64,000 bases of DNA from Trichoplax adhaerens. Lineage: Eukaryota; Animalia; Placozoa. Shown piece by piece: positions 36,352-48,190 of the stretch. The stretch is from positions 7,764,735 to 7,828,734 of the forward strand of contig NW_002060944.1 in assembly GCF_000150275.1 (NCBI RefSeq), written 5' to 3'. The first letter of the stretch is position 1; the number at the start of each line of letters is the position of its first letter. The notes below the pieces were generated by a model that did not search any database, was not told the DNA's origin, and was given only the letters and a program-made list of their open reading frames with translations. Made by a program: the position numbers and the translations under genes.

Positions 36352-39300
36352 AGAAGAAGAAGAAGAAGAGGACTCAGCCGATGATTCTGAAAGTGGGGAA
36401 GATGAAAATTATATGGATATCGATCAAAATTGTGAAGATTTATCTAAAGAAGACCTAGAAAGAGCTATTGAAAAGCTAGAAAAACAGCAGAAAGTGTATA
36501 AATTTAATCTTAGTAAAATACACACTACCCTTAAAGGTTTACTCCTTGGGCAAGATCGCTATCGACGACGATATTGGGTATTCCATAATATACAGGGTAT
36601 CTTAGTTGAAGGAATGTTAGAAATTGAACATGAAGATGTTGAGGTAGTCGACACAGAAACTGAATGTGAAGTTGCTAACATAAATGAAAATGTTGAACCT
36701 GTGACTGAAGTAGAAGACAGAAAGGAAGTTGCTACCGCGATTGATAACACGAAACATTCTACAGAATTAAAAGTTGATCCGAAGAAAGAGACTGTAAACA
36801 GAGCCAACAGTGATTGTGATACTAAACGTACCAATAAGATGAATTTGCAAAACCTTGAAAACATGCTTAAACAGAGAGAAGAAGAAGAAAAGCAGAAAAC
36901 TGAATTAGAAAATGGGCAAAATAAAGATGTGAACCCAGAAGATGAAAATGCTGTATTTCACTGGTTTGACTTATTACCCAGATTACCATGCACACGGGGT
37001 TCCATTGTTGCTCCTGTAAAAATAGAAAGTAAGTGTCAAGTTGAAGACGAGATTGAAACGAAAGTGCAAGAAAAATTAGCGAAGTTGCAAGCGCCGAGAA
37101 CAGCTGATCCAATCTTGAATGACAGTAATGTCGAAGACGAAATTGCGGTTGATATGTCGTTCTTGACGACGCTTACTCGTGAGGCTTTTGTTGAATTGTT
37201 GAAGCGTATCCCGGATCATAAGCGTCGAAAAGAGTTGCAAGATTTGCTAATTTTGCCATCTGCAAAAGAAATCAAGGGTATGGATTTAATTTACTAAGTA
37301 ATTTATTATAGTACCATAGTACTTCTTCTTATTGTAAACTAAAGTAGTAGTGAAACAGATGTTGATGTAACTTGATACATTTTTTGTATCAATTTCATAA
37401 CCATTAATTGCTAATGCTATCACTGTAAATTATGATATTCCAGCTGCAGTTGCGGCCAAATTAGGATTGGAGGAGAAAATGATAACTGTTGATGATTTAG
37501 AAAAACGAAAAGCGCAAAGTATTCCTAATTGTAAGCCTAAATTAGACGAATCGATTAAACGCGTCTATTTTCTATTTTTAAAAGCTATACCTTTCATTGC
37601 TTTAGATTTTCAAAATAAATGGTGGCATGTGAAAGACCTGAAAGAAATTAAAACCTTAATTAAGTCACTCAACCCTCGGTATGATTTATAGTGTCTATTT
37701 ACTACTCTCGCTTATGCTTTGCCATCGTAACTTTAGATTTTCTCAACTTGCTAATTTTAGCGGCGTAAGGGAGCGACAACTTATTAAATCATTGACGAAG
37801 TATAGCGAAAATTTTAACGATGTGGATGGTAACGCTGATGCAGGTAGCTTGTCAGCTTTAGAAATCATCGTCGTTATGAAAATGAAATTAATCTTCTATT
37901 ACTGTAGCACTTATTAATGCTTACATCTTTTGATGGACTCGTTATAAATTATAGCGATAGGACTGATTACGATTGATGGCGAAGACGATATGGAATGTAA
38001 TTATAGTCATGGAATCGAAGCAGAATTTCCTGAACAGAGGTTCAAAGCTGAGATTGCATTGTTACAGGAAATCGAAAATATGGAGGAGAAGGTGTCTTCG
38101 GCTAGCCTGCAAGTTAAGGTGATGATACATGCATTAAACATTCGACTTTGCTAAGATTAAACAAACTTCAGTAACATAATACTCTGATTTAGGGATGGAA
38201 AGCTCCATCAAAGGCATCCAAAAGTCTACGTTTTAATAATACTGGTTAGCTTTTAGCAGAGAAATAACCAATTGAATAAGCTTGCTTTTTATCACGCACT
38301 TTACTGTACTGATCATATGTTTATGTAATGCCTTCAGATGTTCAGCCCCTGGAAATAGCGCGAGAACGCTTGCAAGCTTTAGAAGCAGCGCTAGAAAGAC
38401 GCTACGTGAAACCGCCCCTAAAAGAAAGGTAAGATATGAACATCTGTAAAGTGCGGATATGTACTTGTATGATGGACATATATTAACGACATACTTTTTA
38501 AGTAGTAAAGCCAATAACCAGAGTAATAGCGGAAGTGTAAATGGTGATGAGCCAGTGGACGACAATAGTGAACGGTAATTGTAAAATCTATCAGTGTATG
38601 GATTTTAAGGATACTGATCTGCGATTACTAAATTTTATTTTTTAATTCTCATGATTCGTTGTAGGAGTGATAGTGGAAAATCTGATATCAGTCCAGGACT
38701 ACATAATTGGCGTGAAGCGGTCGTTTCTGCCACGTCTGCGGCACAATTAACGTTGTGTCAATTGCAACTCCATTCGTCGATAGCTTGGGAAAAATCTGTA
38801 ATGAAAGTTGTACGTTTTTCTATATCATAAGGCAGCAATGTCTTGCTAACAAAAGGCATATCTAATCTCATAAAGAATACTCTCATTACTTACAGTTTTG
38901 TCAGATTTGCCGGAAAGGTGACAACGAGTCGCTCTTATTGTTATGTGATAAGTGTGATTGTGGTACTCATACCTATTGTTGTACAGTAAGTTGTTATAGT
39001 TACTCTCAATTTAATAATTTGTAATCAATGATAGTGTGTTTAAGCGGATATTGACGGGTCTGTACCTTTAAACTAGCCAAAGTTAACGTCCGTTCCGGAA
39101 GGGGATTGGTTTTGCCCGAAATGTGCTAGCGAGGTATAATACTTGATATAGTTTATTTAGGTATGAAATAATTAAAAATGATATTAATGTGATTCACAAT
39201 TTCTTTTGTTTCTAGTGTGACAAAGATTACTGCTGTATTTGTGAGATCGATGACAACGAAAAAGCTATTGCTTGTGAAAGATGCAACTCTGTGTATCATT

Positions 39301-40241
39301 TGGCCTGTCTAGATCCTGTTATAAAACGGTATAATGATTTCATATTAGAGTTAGGTATGCCAAATTGTTATTTTATTAAATTTTGTCAATACCTTGGCTA
39401 CATATTGCAGATATCCGAAAACTGGTTGGTATTGTCGCGACTGTCGAAAGGTTGTAAATATAATATTTAAGTTAAAATCGTTCGTAATAACTATGGCTGA
39501 TTTATTTATCTATGTAGTTATAGCAGCATATAATGTAATGTCTATTGTAATATTATTTTTGACAGCGTATTTATAAGAGACAACCTAAGAAAGGATACGT
39601 TATGAATGAATCTGATATGGAGGATGAAGATAGTGATACGGAAGATAGCAAATTATCTACCAGAAATTTTGGCGTCTGTAGAATTATTTTAAATGAGTTA
39701 GAGCAACATGAAGATGGTTGGCCGTTTAATGAACCAGTTAGCGATAAAGATGTTAGTGAGGCGATAGCAGTATATAAAAATCTTCAATCTTGTTAGTTAA
39801 AAAGATACTTATTTTTTCGTAGTGTCCAACGTATCATGAAGTTATATCGAATCCAATGGACTTGCGTACAATGAAGAATAAATTGCGTGATTTGCAGTGA
39901 GTTTATTTACACTGTTAATTCTGTTAAGTTAAGGAATCACTGGAAAGTAAATTAACGCGATACATGCGTATGCATTTGTTTTAGGTATTCTTCACACAGT
40001 GATTTCCTTGTAGATATCGGTTTAATCTTTAGTAATTGCAAGTTATTTAACGAAGATGATTCTGAGGTATTGTAATTCACTGTACAGTAGTACATAGCCC
40101 TGGTTATAGCTTTATTTAGAAAAGAACTAAATTATTGTTTTTGCTTGCCGTACAATTTTCATTCTTAAGGTTGGTATAGCTGGTCAGAACTTATCGAAAT
40201 TTTTTGAAGAGCGCTGGGCTGAATTATGTAAAGATGTATAA
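28377..40241 (+). CDS. BAZ2B: BAZ2A/B (TIP5/toutatis) chromatin-remodelling subunit: acidic tract, MBD/TAM, DDT, WHIM, two PHD fingers, bromodomain
   Basis: Probable first coding exon 28377-28449 (MESNQ..., phase 1) joins 32497. MBD GWRRQTRLRR..GDVYYFAPCGKKLRIYPDV; DDT FADMLLVIQFIQTF; WHIM LGQDRYRRRYW and SIAWEKSVMK; PHD1 CQICRKGDNESLLLLCDKCDCGTHTYC; PHD2 CCIC..CERCNSVYHLACLDP; bromodomain DGWPFNEPV..PMDLRT..FNEDDSEVG; stop at 40239-40241. Confidence 0.93.
29471..30068. repeat. About 170-bp tandem repeat, 3 copies plus a partial, with an internal 51-bp sub-duplication, in the first coding intron of BAZ2
   Basis: ATTAGCACGTTAAA units start at 29471, 29640, 29861 and (degenerate) 30031. Copy 2 carries an extra GAGCAAAATACACTAGTT..CCTAC block. 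Confidence 0.95.
36164..36370 (+). repeat. (GAA)n coding microsatellite, 69 consecutive Glu codons
   Basis: Runs of 11, 22, 18 and 13 GAA codons, with GAG at 36197, 36200, 36269, 36326 and 36368. Confidence 0.97.
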
Positions 40242-41769
40242 TAGTATTACAGCAAAGGATGACACGATGACATAACATGCGATAATGATAGTACTAGCCA
40301 ATAATAACTATAAATGGTAAATCTGTGTGACAGCTTAAGCTAGAAAGCTGTACTTGGTATGATTTTGCCGTTTTTTACTTTAAATTTTACGGATAATAGT
40401 TCAAGCGTATTATTAATATGTTATTTTATTATAAACTACGTATTTGATGTTGCACTAATTGGATGAAGTTGTATTGTATTGTATATCAGCCGCAGTAGAA
40501 TTTGTGTAATCTGTATAATTGTAGCCATCTATTAATAGAGAATACGCTATTGCTGTATGTTCGCTTTACTAGTTTATCAAACCTTTTATTCTATAATTTG
40601 ATAATATCTATAATCCTGTCCGATATACGAAACGGCGAATAATTTATTAATGCGATTCATGTTTGTTTAAATCGAATGTGAAATGCAAGATTGTACCAAT
40701 TTTCTTGCTCTTAAAAATCCCTAAAAATATTTGACAAATTTTTTACAAGCAAGTCGAACAAGTCATATATGGTATATGGTTATTTCTAAAATTTCGCAAA
40801 CACCTTATGGTAACATAAAATACTGCTAATAGTTTAAACTGTTATCGTAGTAGCCAACAAAGGACTACTCTAGAGTAGCTTGCATAATCCCTTATGCTTT
40901 ATGATGATAGCTTGTGATAGTGGTTCACTTTTGATGGGTAATTATTATATTTGCAGTTGTGCTTGTTATGCGAAGTACGCGTATATTTGCTGGCTTTACC
41001 TACGACGTAGACTTTTCTTAGCGTACAGGAAATTATGCATAACTTATATCCGGTGTAATATTATTTGTATTTTCACCCGGATGTACGTATTTTCATCTAG
41101 TCATTTAAATCCTATCATTTGTGCAAGGTACGAAATTATAAAGTAGGAAGGATATTTCATTTTGTTCTTTTGTGTATAGTATTTTTTTGTTCTAACTCTT
41201 AAATTACTGTTATGGTGCACAAACGATTTCGTTATTGCTGTTGTATCATACAAGTCGTTAATCAAATCGAATTTGTTCTTTATGGTGCAGACGACTAAAA
41301 ATAAACATTTGGCCGTGACATATTTAATTATTGTACTGTAGCGAAGATATTGAACTAGTTGTATATACTACGCCTGCATACTGTACTGTATATTAAATTA
41401 AACTAAATACGATGTTAGCAATAGAGGCAAGGAAATCCTCATTTGCCGCGCACAGCAGTAAATTTTAATTATAACTCGAACATTTTTTCAATTCGATTAC
41501 TCTATATTTGTGTATCAGTTAAAAGAAAATCCTTTCATGATGATCAAAGTAAGTTTAGGCACAACTGGATATTCAGTGAACCTGCGTGTATGATTGATTG
41601 ACATATACTGTACAATGATGGACATCTCACAATTTTAAGTAGACGTCAGGGGTAAATTTATCACCATAAAAGAAAATGATAGCTACTAAAAGATAAGTTG
41701 AAGTTAAAAATTTATTGAAAATCGTGGCTACAGATTAGTAAGTTATTATTAACACTAGGATCATGATAG

Positions 41770-44722
41770 TTAATTCTCTTCATCTTCGGAATCTGATTCT
41801 GAAAAATATGAAGTAGAAAAATTTAAGAACTATTCTAGCGAAAAATGTAAGAGTAGAATCATAATGCAATGTAATAACCTTCTTCAGCATTTTTTAACCA
41901 TTCAACCATATCTTTCATCTGTTGTAAGAACACACTTTTCCCTTTCGGTGAATGCGCTTCGTTATACCATTTTAAAATGGTATCTTCACTTAGAACATCA
42001 GCTGAGGTAAAAATTAGTAACTAGTTTTAGTTGAGTTAAAAGTGCATAGTTATTCTCATTAATGTTTACCAAAGAATTGAACGATACCTTTATAGAAACG
42101 CAGCACGATTTTATGAAAAACTTTAAGGAAGTTCATGTTATCATAACAAAAGTCCTGTTATCAAATTTATGAGAATGGGGAAGATTAATCACAGATATCT
42201 ATCTATATTACAATTATTGTACTGTATAGTCAGTCTATTCAGTGTTTACATTTACCTGAACGCGGACAATAAGCGTTAACTCTGATCTTCCCTTCGTAGA
42301 AAATGCTTCGAATAACGGTGTGTAAGGCTATAAATAAGGAAACAATGCACAGTAGTCATGTAGTTATATCTGAGATCAATCAAACAGTTGTCAATAAGAG
42401 AAGATTTTGTTAATAAAATTACTCTCAAATGTCGCAAAGATTGCTCAGCAATCAAATCTTCTTTTTTACTCCATTCCATAGCTCCCATAACTGTATCCCA
42501 GATCTGTGCGGATAAGATAGTACGATATTCTATTAAAATTTTGTTGTAAATGCCACAACTAAATACGAAAAAATAACTAGAAATTTTATACCTTTCTAAT
42601 CACAGTGACATAAAAATGAATACTTACGATAACAACAACATTGTGTTCTTTAAGAGAGTATGATTTCATATCTTCTTTAGTGTTCGCTATCATCTACATG
42701 GCATTAAAATAACATATAGCAAATATTTTAAATAATGCGTCCCCAATGAAATAACTCTACTACGCCACAAATACTAGATAGCTATAAATTACGCACTTCT
42801 TTAACATTTGACCCACTTTCCATTTGTTCTTGTAAATTCTTTTGCAACTTCTTCTTTGATACCGCAATTTGACGATGGCGCTATCAAGTAGATTTAATTT
42901 AAGCAGTAAGTGAATAAAGAAATCTAATAATACGGTAACTAATTCTGCAAGGTATAGCAGAATTATTTAGATGTCTCTAATATCTGAGTATTACTTCAAA
43001 ATCAACAAGTTGTTCGAGTCCGACTCCATTAAAGTATCCTTCGAAATGCTCCATTGATCGTTTGTTGAACGGAAATAACTCCTGTAATTGAAAATTTAAA
43101 TTTTATAGGTGAAAAATAAAGGGAAGGAAAGAAATCTACTTACAAGCAATTTACTATCTTGGTGTGATTTTTTTAATGCCGAACTGATATTAGATATGTC
43201 TCTTTCTTTTAGCCATGAAGTAAACATTAACGTTGCAAATTCCAACGATAGGCCTGCAAAATGAAGGTACTATAGTTACAAGTATTATAGTTTCTTAAAT
43301 ATCAAATCTAATATAAATTAAATTCTTAACTTAAACCAGATACCAAGTTTAAAATTAAGCCCTATATGATAACTTACCATCTCGAACAAGAATATCATTG
43401 GTAAATAAGCTAGTAAAAACACTCGGTGTTACTATCCCTACGTTGTACAATTAAATAAACAATTATTACAATGGTTGCCTTTATTACGATGGTAAGTTAA
43501 ACAATAGTAATAATTCATGAATACTGTAGCACCGCAACCATGTCTAATTATAAGATAAGCAGAAAGGTTATACGCGTAAAGCCAAGCTTTACCATTAGCT
43601 AGAAGGTGTCCTGTTATGATGGCTAATTTTTTTCGTTGCGGTTCAGTAAAATTCTTGATAAAACCAATAACTTTGGTAGTCTCTTCTTCCAGACTCTTCT
43701 TTAGGTATAAGTAACGTCTTAATAACTTGTTGAATATCTGATAAAAATAAAACGCGAGTTAGTTTAAAATTATATTCTATCTGCCACATGATTTTATGAC
43801 AGATTCATTGCCATATCATCGTCATGTTTGTTAACGTACCTGGAGGAAAGCTCTTAATCCTTCATGGCTTTCTTCAGCTTCGAATACACAAATGTTTGTA
43901 TAGATCGAACCTTTCGATTTATCCCCTTCATCTTGTAGTGTACCACCGGGCGCTGCAAATTTAACAGTACAGAAATCAGGTATGAATATGATGACAGAAG
44001 ACGGCTACTTATTTAGATTTTTAAAATAATTAAACATACTATGCTTATATTATATCAAGATATGGTCATATTATTGACGACGATGTATATCAAGTATTAA
44101 GAATTACCTAGAACACCACCAGCAAATAAGATATCAAAAAGTGTTTCTGCATATCGTCGATAGTCTAATTTGCCGCCAGCACCATCCAGAAAACGTTCCA
44201 CCTGATCAAAGTCAGATTCGCATTCGTTTAGACCGGTAATTATAGCGTCGCGAAATGTACTAGGATCAAATTTCTCTTTTTCATCTGTAAATAGTGATAA
44301 AAGACATGACGAAGTTATTATTAAAATTTATACTATAAATTACCGAAAAATCGCGGAAAATTTATAAAATGAACCATTGATAACGTTATAGCCCCTGTAA
44401 CATTAGTGGATCAGTGCATATATCACGGGTCAAGTATGAATGTCAAATGTATGTATGCGTACATACATTTGACATTTATATTTCTATAAGTTGAAGAATA
44501 TTAATGTAATGAATGAGTATGCCAGTCACTGGTCCACCATGAAATCGTTAGTATATTCATATTTAACAGTATTGAAATTTAACGTACATTTATTCGCTAT
44601 CATACAGTTTAATCGTTAACTAGTGAAAATGATCAGTTATATATCCTGCATGTTTACTTGCCTCTTTTTCGTGCTTTAATGCGCACGCCCGTTAAGGAAG
44701 GTTTTGGTTGCTTCTGACTCAT
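41770..44722 (-). CDS. BZW: eIF5-mimic protein (BZW1/BZW2, 5MP) with C-terminal W2 domain
   Basis: [110 protein letters not shown] probable 5'UTR exon ends at a donor near 47562. Confidence 0.95.
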
Positions 44723-45793
44723 AAACTAAGCTGACTTGAAAAAACAATCAAGAGTTAATATATCCAGAAGCTGCGATCACATTCAAAATAGTAATTTAGG
44801 CCACAGAATATCGATTACTATTTTCTTTGATGCATGTATAAATACACATATGCAACTTGTATGGTTTCGATTATTTGTTGTAGATAATTCAGAGACTCAG
44901 TAGAAGTTAATAAATTTATGTTGGAATATAAGAACACGTGCTCTATATTACACACTTATTGTACCTACTATAAATTGGTGTCGAATCAAGAGCGTAAAAT
45001 ATACCCTTAAGCCATATTAAACGTGGTTAAATTTTGTGCCCGTAGTATAAGAAAGGATCGCTTTTTAATTTGTAATATATCATGATAATTTTTTAAGATA
45101 CATTTTTGCTAATACACAAAGGTATTGAAGACATACTGTACAATGTATATTGATGGCAAAAGCATGCGAAGTACTGTAAATTGTTCGTTAGAAAAATGAT
45201 GACAGATTCATTTTGTTGATAATTTAAGTTAGGATTAGATACAGTAGGTGTCAAGACTTTCACAAATTGTCATAAGTTAGAAAGTAGAAAGTTTAAATAT
45301 TGGTCACCCTTGATATTGGCAAACGGAATTAGTTATTTGAACGACAGCATCTACTACGTTAGAGCATCGGAGAAGGTCACGAGGAGCATAACCCATTAAA
45401 AATAATTTTTAGCCTTATAGCAAGATCTGTCAAAATAGTTCAGAATTTGATTTCTAATTCATTTGCATAGTAATTTGTTTCAGATTCAAAGTTAGTTAAT
45501 TTATACAAACTGTACGAGCGCAACTACTGATAAAAGTGATTAGATGAAAGGAGGAGGTAATCAAATCCAATACTGTAGCCGAGTTTAGTATTGCAGTGAA
45601 CATCTTCAATTTTGTCAACGAAAAAATTAAAAATTTGCGTATGTACAGTATGTCTTTCTTAATTCTGCTAGCTTGAAATTGGTACAAGAGACTAAACTTT
45701 GAGTGCTAGCTCCGGTAGTAGACTGATAATAGCCTATAGGTAGTTTTGTTTCATCTAGTAACAATAATTAATTAGACAACCATTATACTGTAG

Positions 45794-46192
45794 TACAGCA
45801 TTGAAACTACTTTTATTACCCTAAAAAAACAGATCACTGCAGTCCGTGAACCGTGTAGTAATGTATTCTATGAGGATTCATTTGTATTTTCACAGAATTG
45901 AACACTGTACAGCTGAAAATTTTATTATTATTACAGCATTGAAACTACTTTTATTACCCTAAAAAAAACAGATCATTGCAGTCCGTGAACCGTGCAGTAA
46001 TGTGTTCTATGAGGATTCATTTGTATTTTCATAGAATTGAATACTGTACAGCTGAAAATTTTATTATTATTACAGCATTGAAACTACTTTTATTACCCTA
46101 AAAAAACAGATCACTGTAGTACTGTGTTCTATGAGGATTCATTTGTATTTTCATAGAATTGAATACTGTACAGTTGAAAATTTTATTATTAT
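45794..46192. repeat. About 138-bp tandem repeat, 3 copies (third internally deleted)
   Basis: TACAGCATTGAAACTACTTTTTATTACCCT starts at 45794, 45932 and 46071. It lies upstream of the BZW ATG, in the presumed 5'UTR intron. Confidence 0.95.
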
Positions 46193-47689
46193 TGTTCAAT
46201 TTGGTGTTTATTCTGAATTACTTTTACCTGTCAAAAATCTTGAAGCTATTATTTAAAGTTACAGTTTTAACATTACAGTTAAAGTTTCGGGCAGCTTGAA
46301 AATTGATTCAATGTGCTCATAAACATATACGGAAAGATCAATGATGAGGGTAATGACTGCTTTCATCATTGTAGAAAGTAACATCGCTCATTCCTTTCAT
46401 GTTTCAAATAGTTGCAAATAATGACACAGAGATGATAGCATCCAAAATAACACTTTTCTTCAATAGTCTACTACCTGAATTTTTCTACAATCTATAGTTG
46501 AATAGGTCATTGCAATGCTCTTCCACGTTTACTTAGTTTACACGTATATCAATCTGCGGATGTAATTAGATTAGCATGATTTAGGAGTATAGTACCGTAA
46601 AATAACTACAATATCGAAACTATAGATCAAGATCGAATGGCATCATCCACTCATCTCTCATGTACACTGTGCAGTATGTGTCAATGAATAAACACCATTT
46701 CGATGCTATACTGAGTATGATGCCGACAGAAATAATGATGGCTGCTACATTGATCAATTTCTATCCATTGATCTTTCTGGTAGTCTAGCTCTGTTCAACA
46801 TGGAAACTACACGTGTTGATATGGGTACAATTGTCAAACAGTGATGGTGTTGTCACTACTGTAACGTCACTCTTGTATTGGTACCTTTACAGCTATAGTA
46901 TCAAATTTGCCAGGGTAGCCATCATCAAGTGCGCTGAATCGATCTTTATGGTGGGTTTAAAGTTGTAAGAGTAAATTATGACCATTTTACTAATTGTACG
47001 AGTTTAAAAAGAATTATTCTGGCAGTAATCAAGTGGCGAAGCTGATTTCATTTGGTGCTGTATTGGCTTTTTTTTTTAACAAGGAAAGGCGAGTTAGCAG
47101 TAAATCTACCAAAGGCAGACAGTTGGCTCTATTCCAGTCTATAGCGTGTGAGCGAGTTTCAACAGTCGCTAGCAAAGGCAATTTGGTTCTTGTTATGGAT
47201 AGTCATGCTTTGGAAAGAGTTGGATAAAGTAAGATAACGAAGGAATAAAGTGAAAACATGTTTTCTAATCCTTTACTACTACACACTACAGGATATTCTT
47301 GCACTTGTCCTATCGCGTCTACACTGTAAGCGATTTGATTTGGACATTTCACTGACGCTTGAAAGATGGAGAGTGAAAATAGTACGGATTTCATGGCATA
47401 AGTGAAGCCATTTTAGCGTATTTTTATCACTCAATCAGTATTTTAACTTTAAGTTTAGAAATTCAATGTAGAGCATACTCTCAATCCAACAAATTTAATG
47501 GATTACATTGGGTTGAACATTGGCTCAATGACAGTCCAAAAATTGCAAAAGAAAAATTTTACCTTTCTTCTTCTTGCACAAATCGGTCGGTACCAACGTA
47601 CTGTATGAAGTGAGTGATTGAGGATAGAAAGGCTTGGTGGTGTAGTCGTTGATAGGGTTCGTCTTTCACTGCACCGTGGTGTACTGACC

Positions 47690-48190
47690 GGTACTGTCGA
47701 GTGAAGTGTGGTGCAGCACACACAGTAGTGTGACGGTGCAGTACAGTACAGTACAGTACAATAGGCAATCTACAGTACACAAAGGACTACAGTGTATAGT
47801 CTACAGTACTCTGCTGTAGACTCTGCATGAACAGGGAACAGGAGTAACTGTACCATACTAACTACGGTATTTTACTACGAAGTTAACTGGCTAAGTACTG
47901 TATTGGTCAATAACCGGTATCCAACGGCTGACACTGGTATGATTGTGTTCTGATCGGATTCAATCTCACAGGATGGATGACTCACTAGACAAAAGAAGAA
48001 AGTCATTTCTATCCGATTACTACTGTGTACTACTGTCACACTACTACTGAGTGTGTAGTGTTCATAGAGGGTCTCTCGTGTGCACTTGCGCACTAAATGT
48101 GCACAAAGATTTGGACACACGAGTTGTACTGTACAGTACAACTCGTACAGTATGTAAAATCTTTGCTTCCCCTTGCTGTACTTACAGACT
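47690..48190. promoter_or_regulatory. TACWGTA array; putative BZW promoter
   Basis: (GTACA)4 at 47741-47760 and a 28-bp palindrome at 48119-48146, immediately 5' (minus strand) of a candidate non-coding exon ending AAG|GTAAAA near 47562. Confidence 0.5.
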
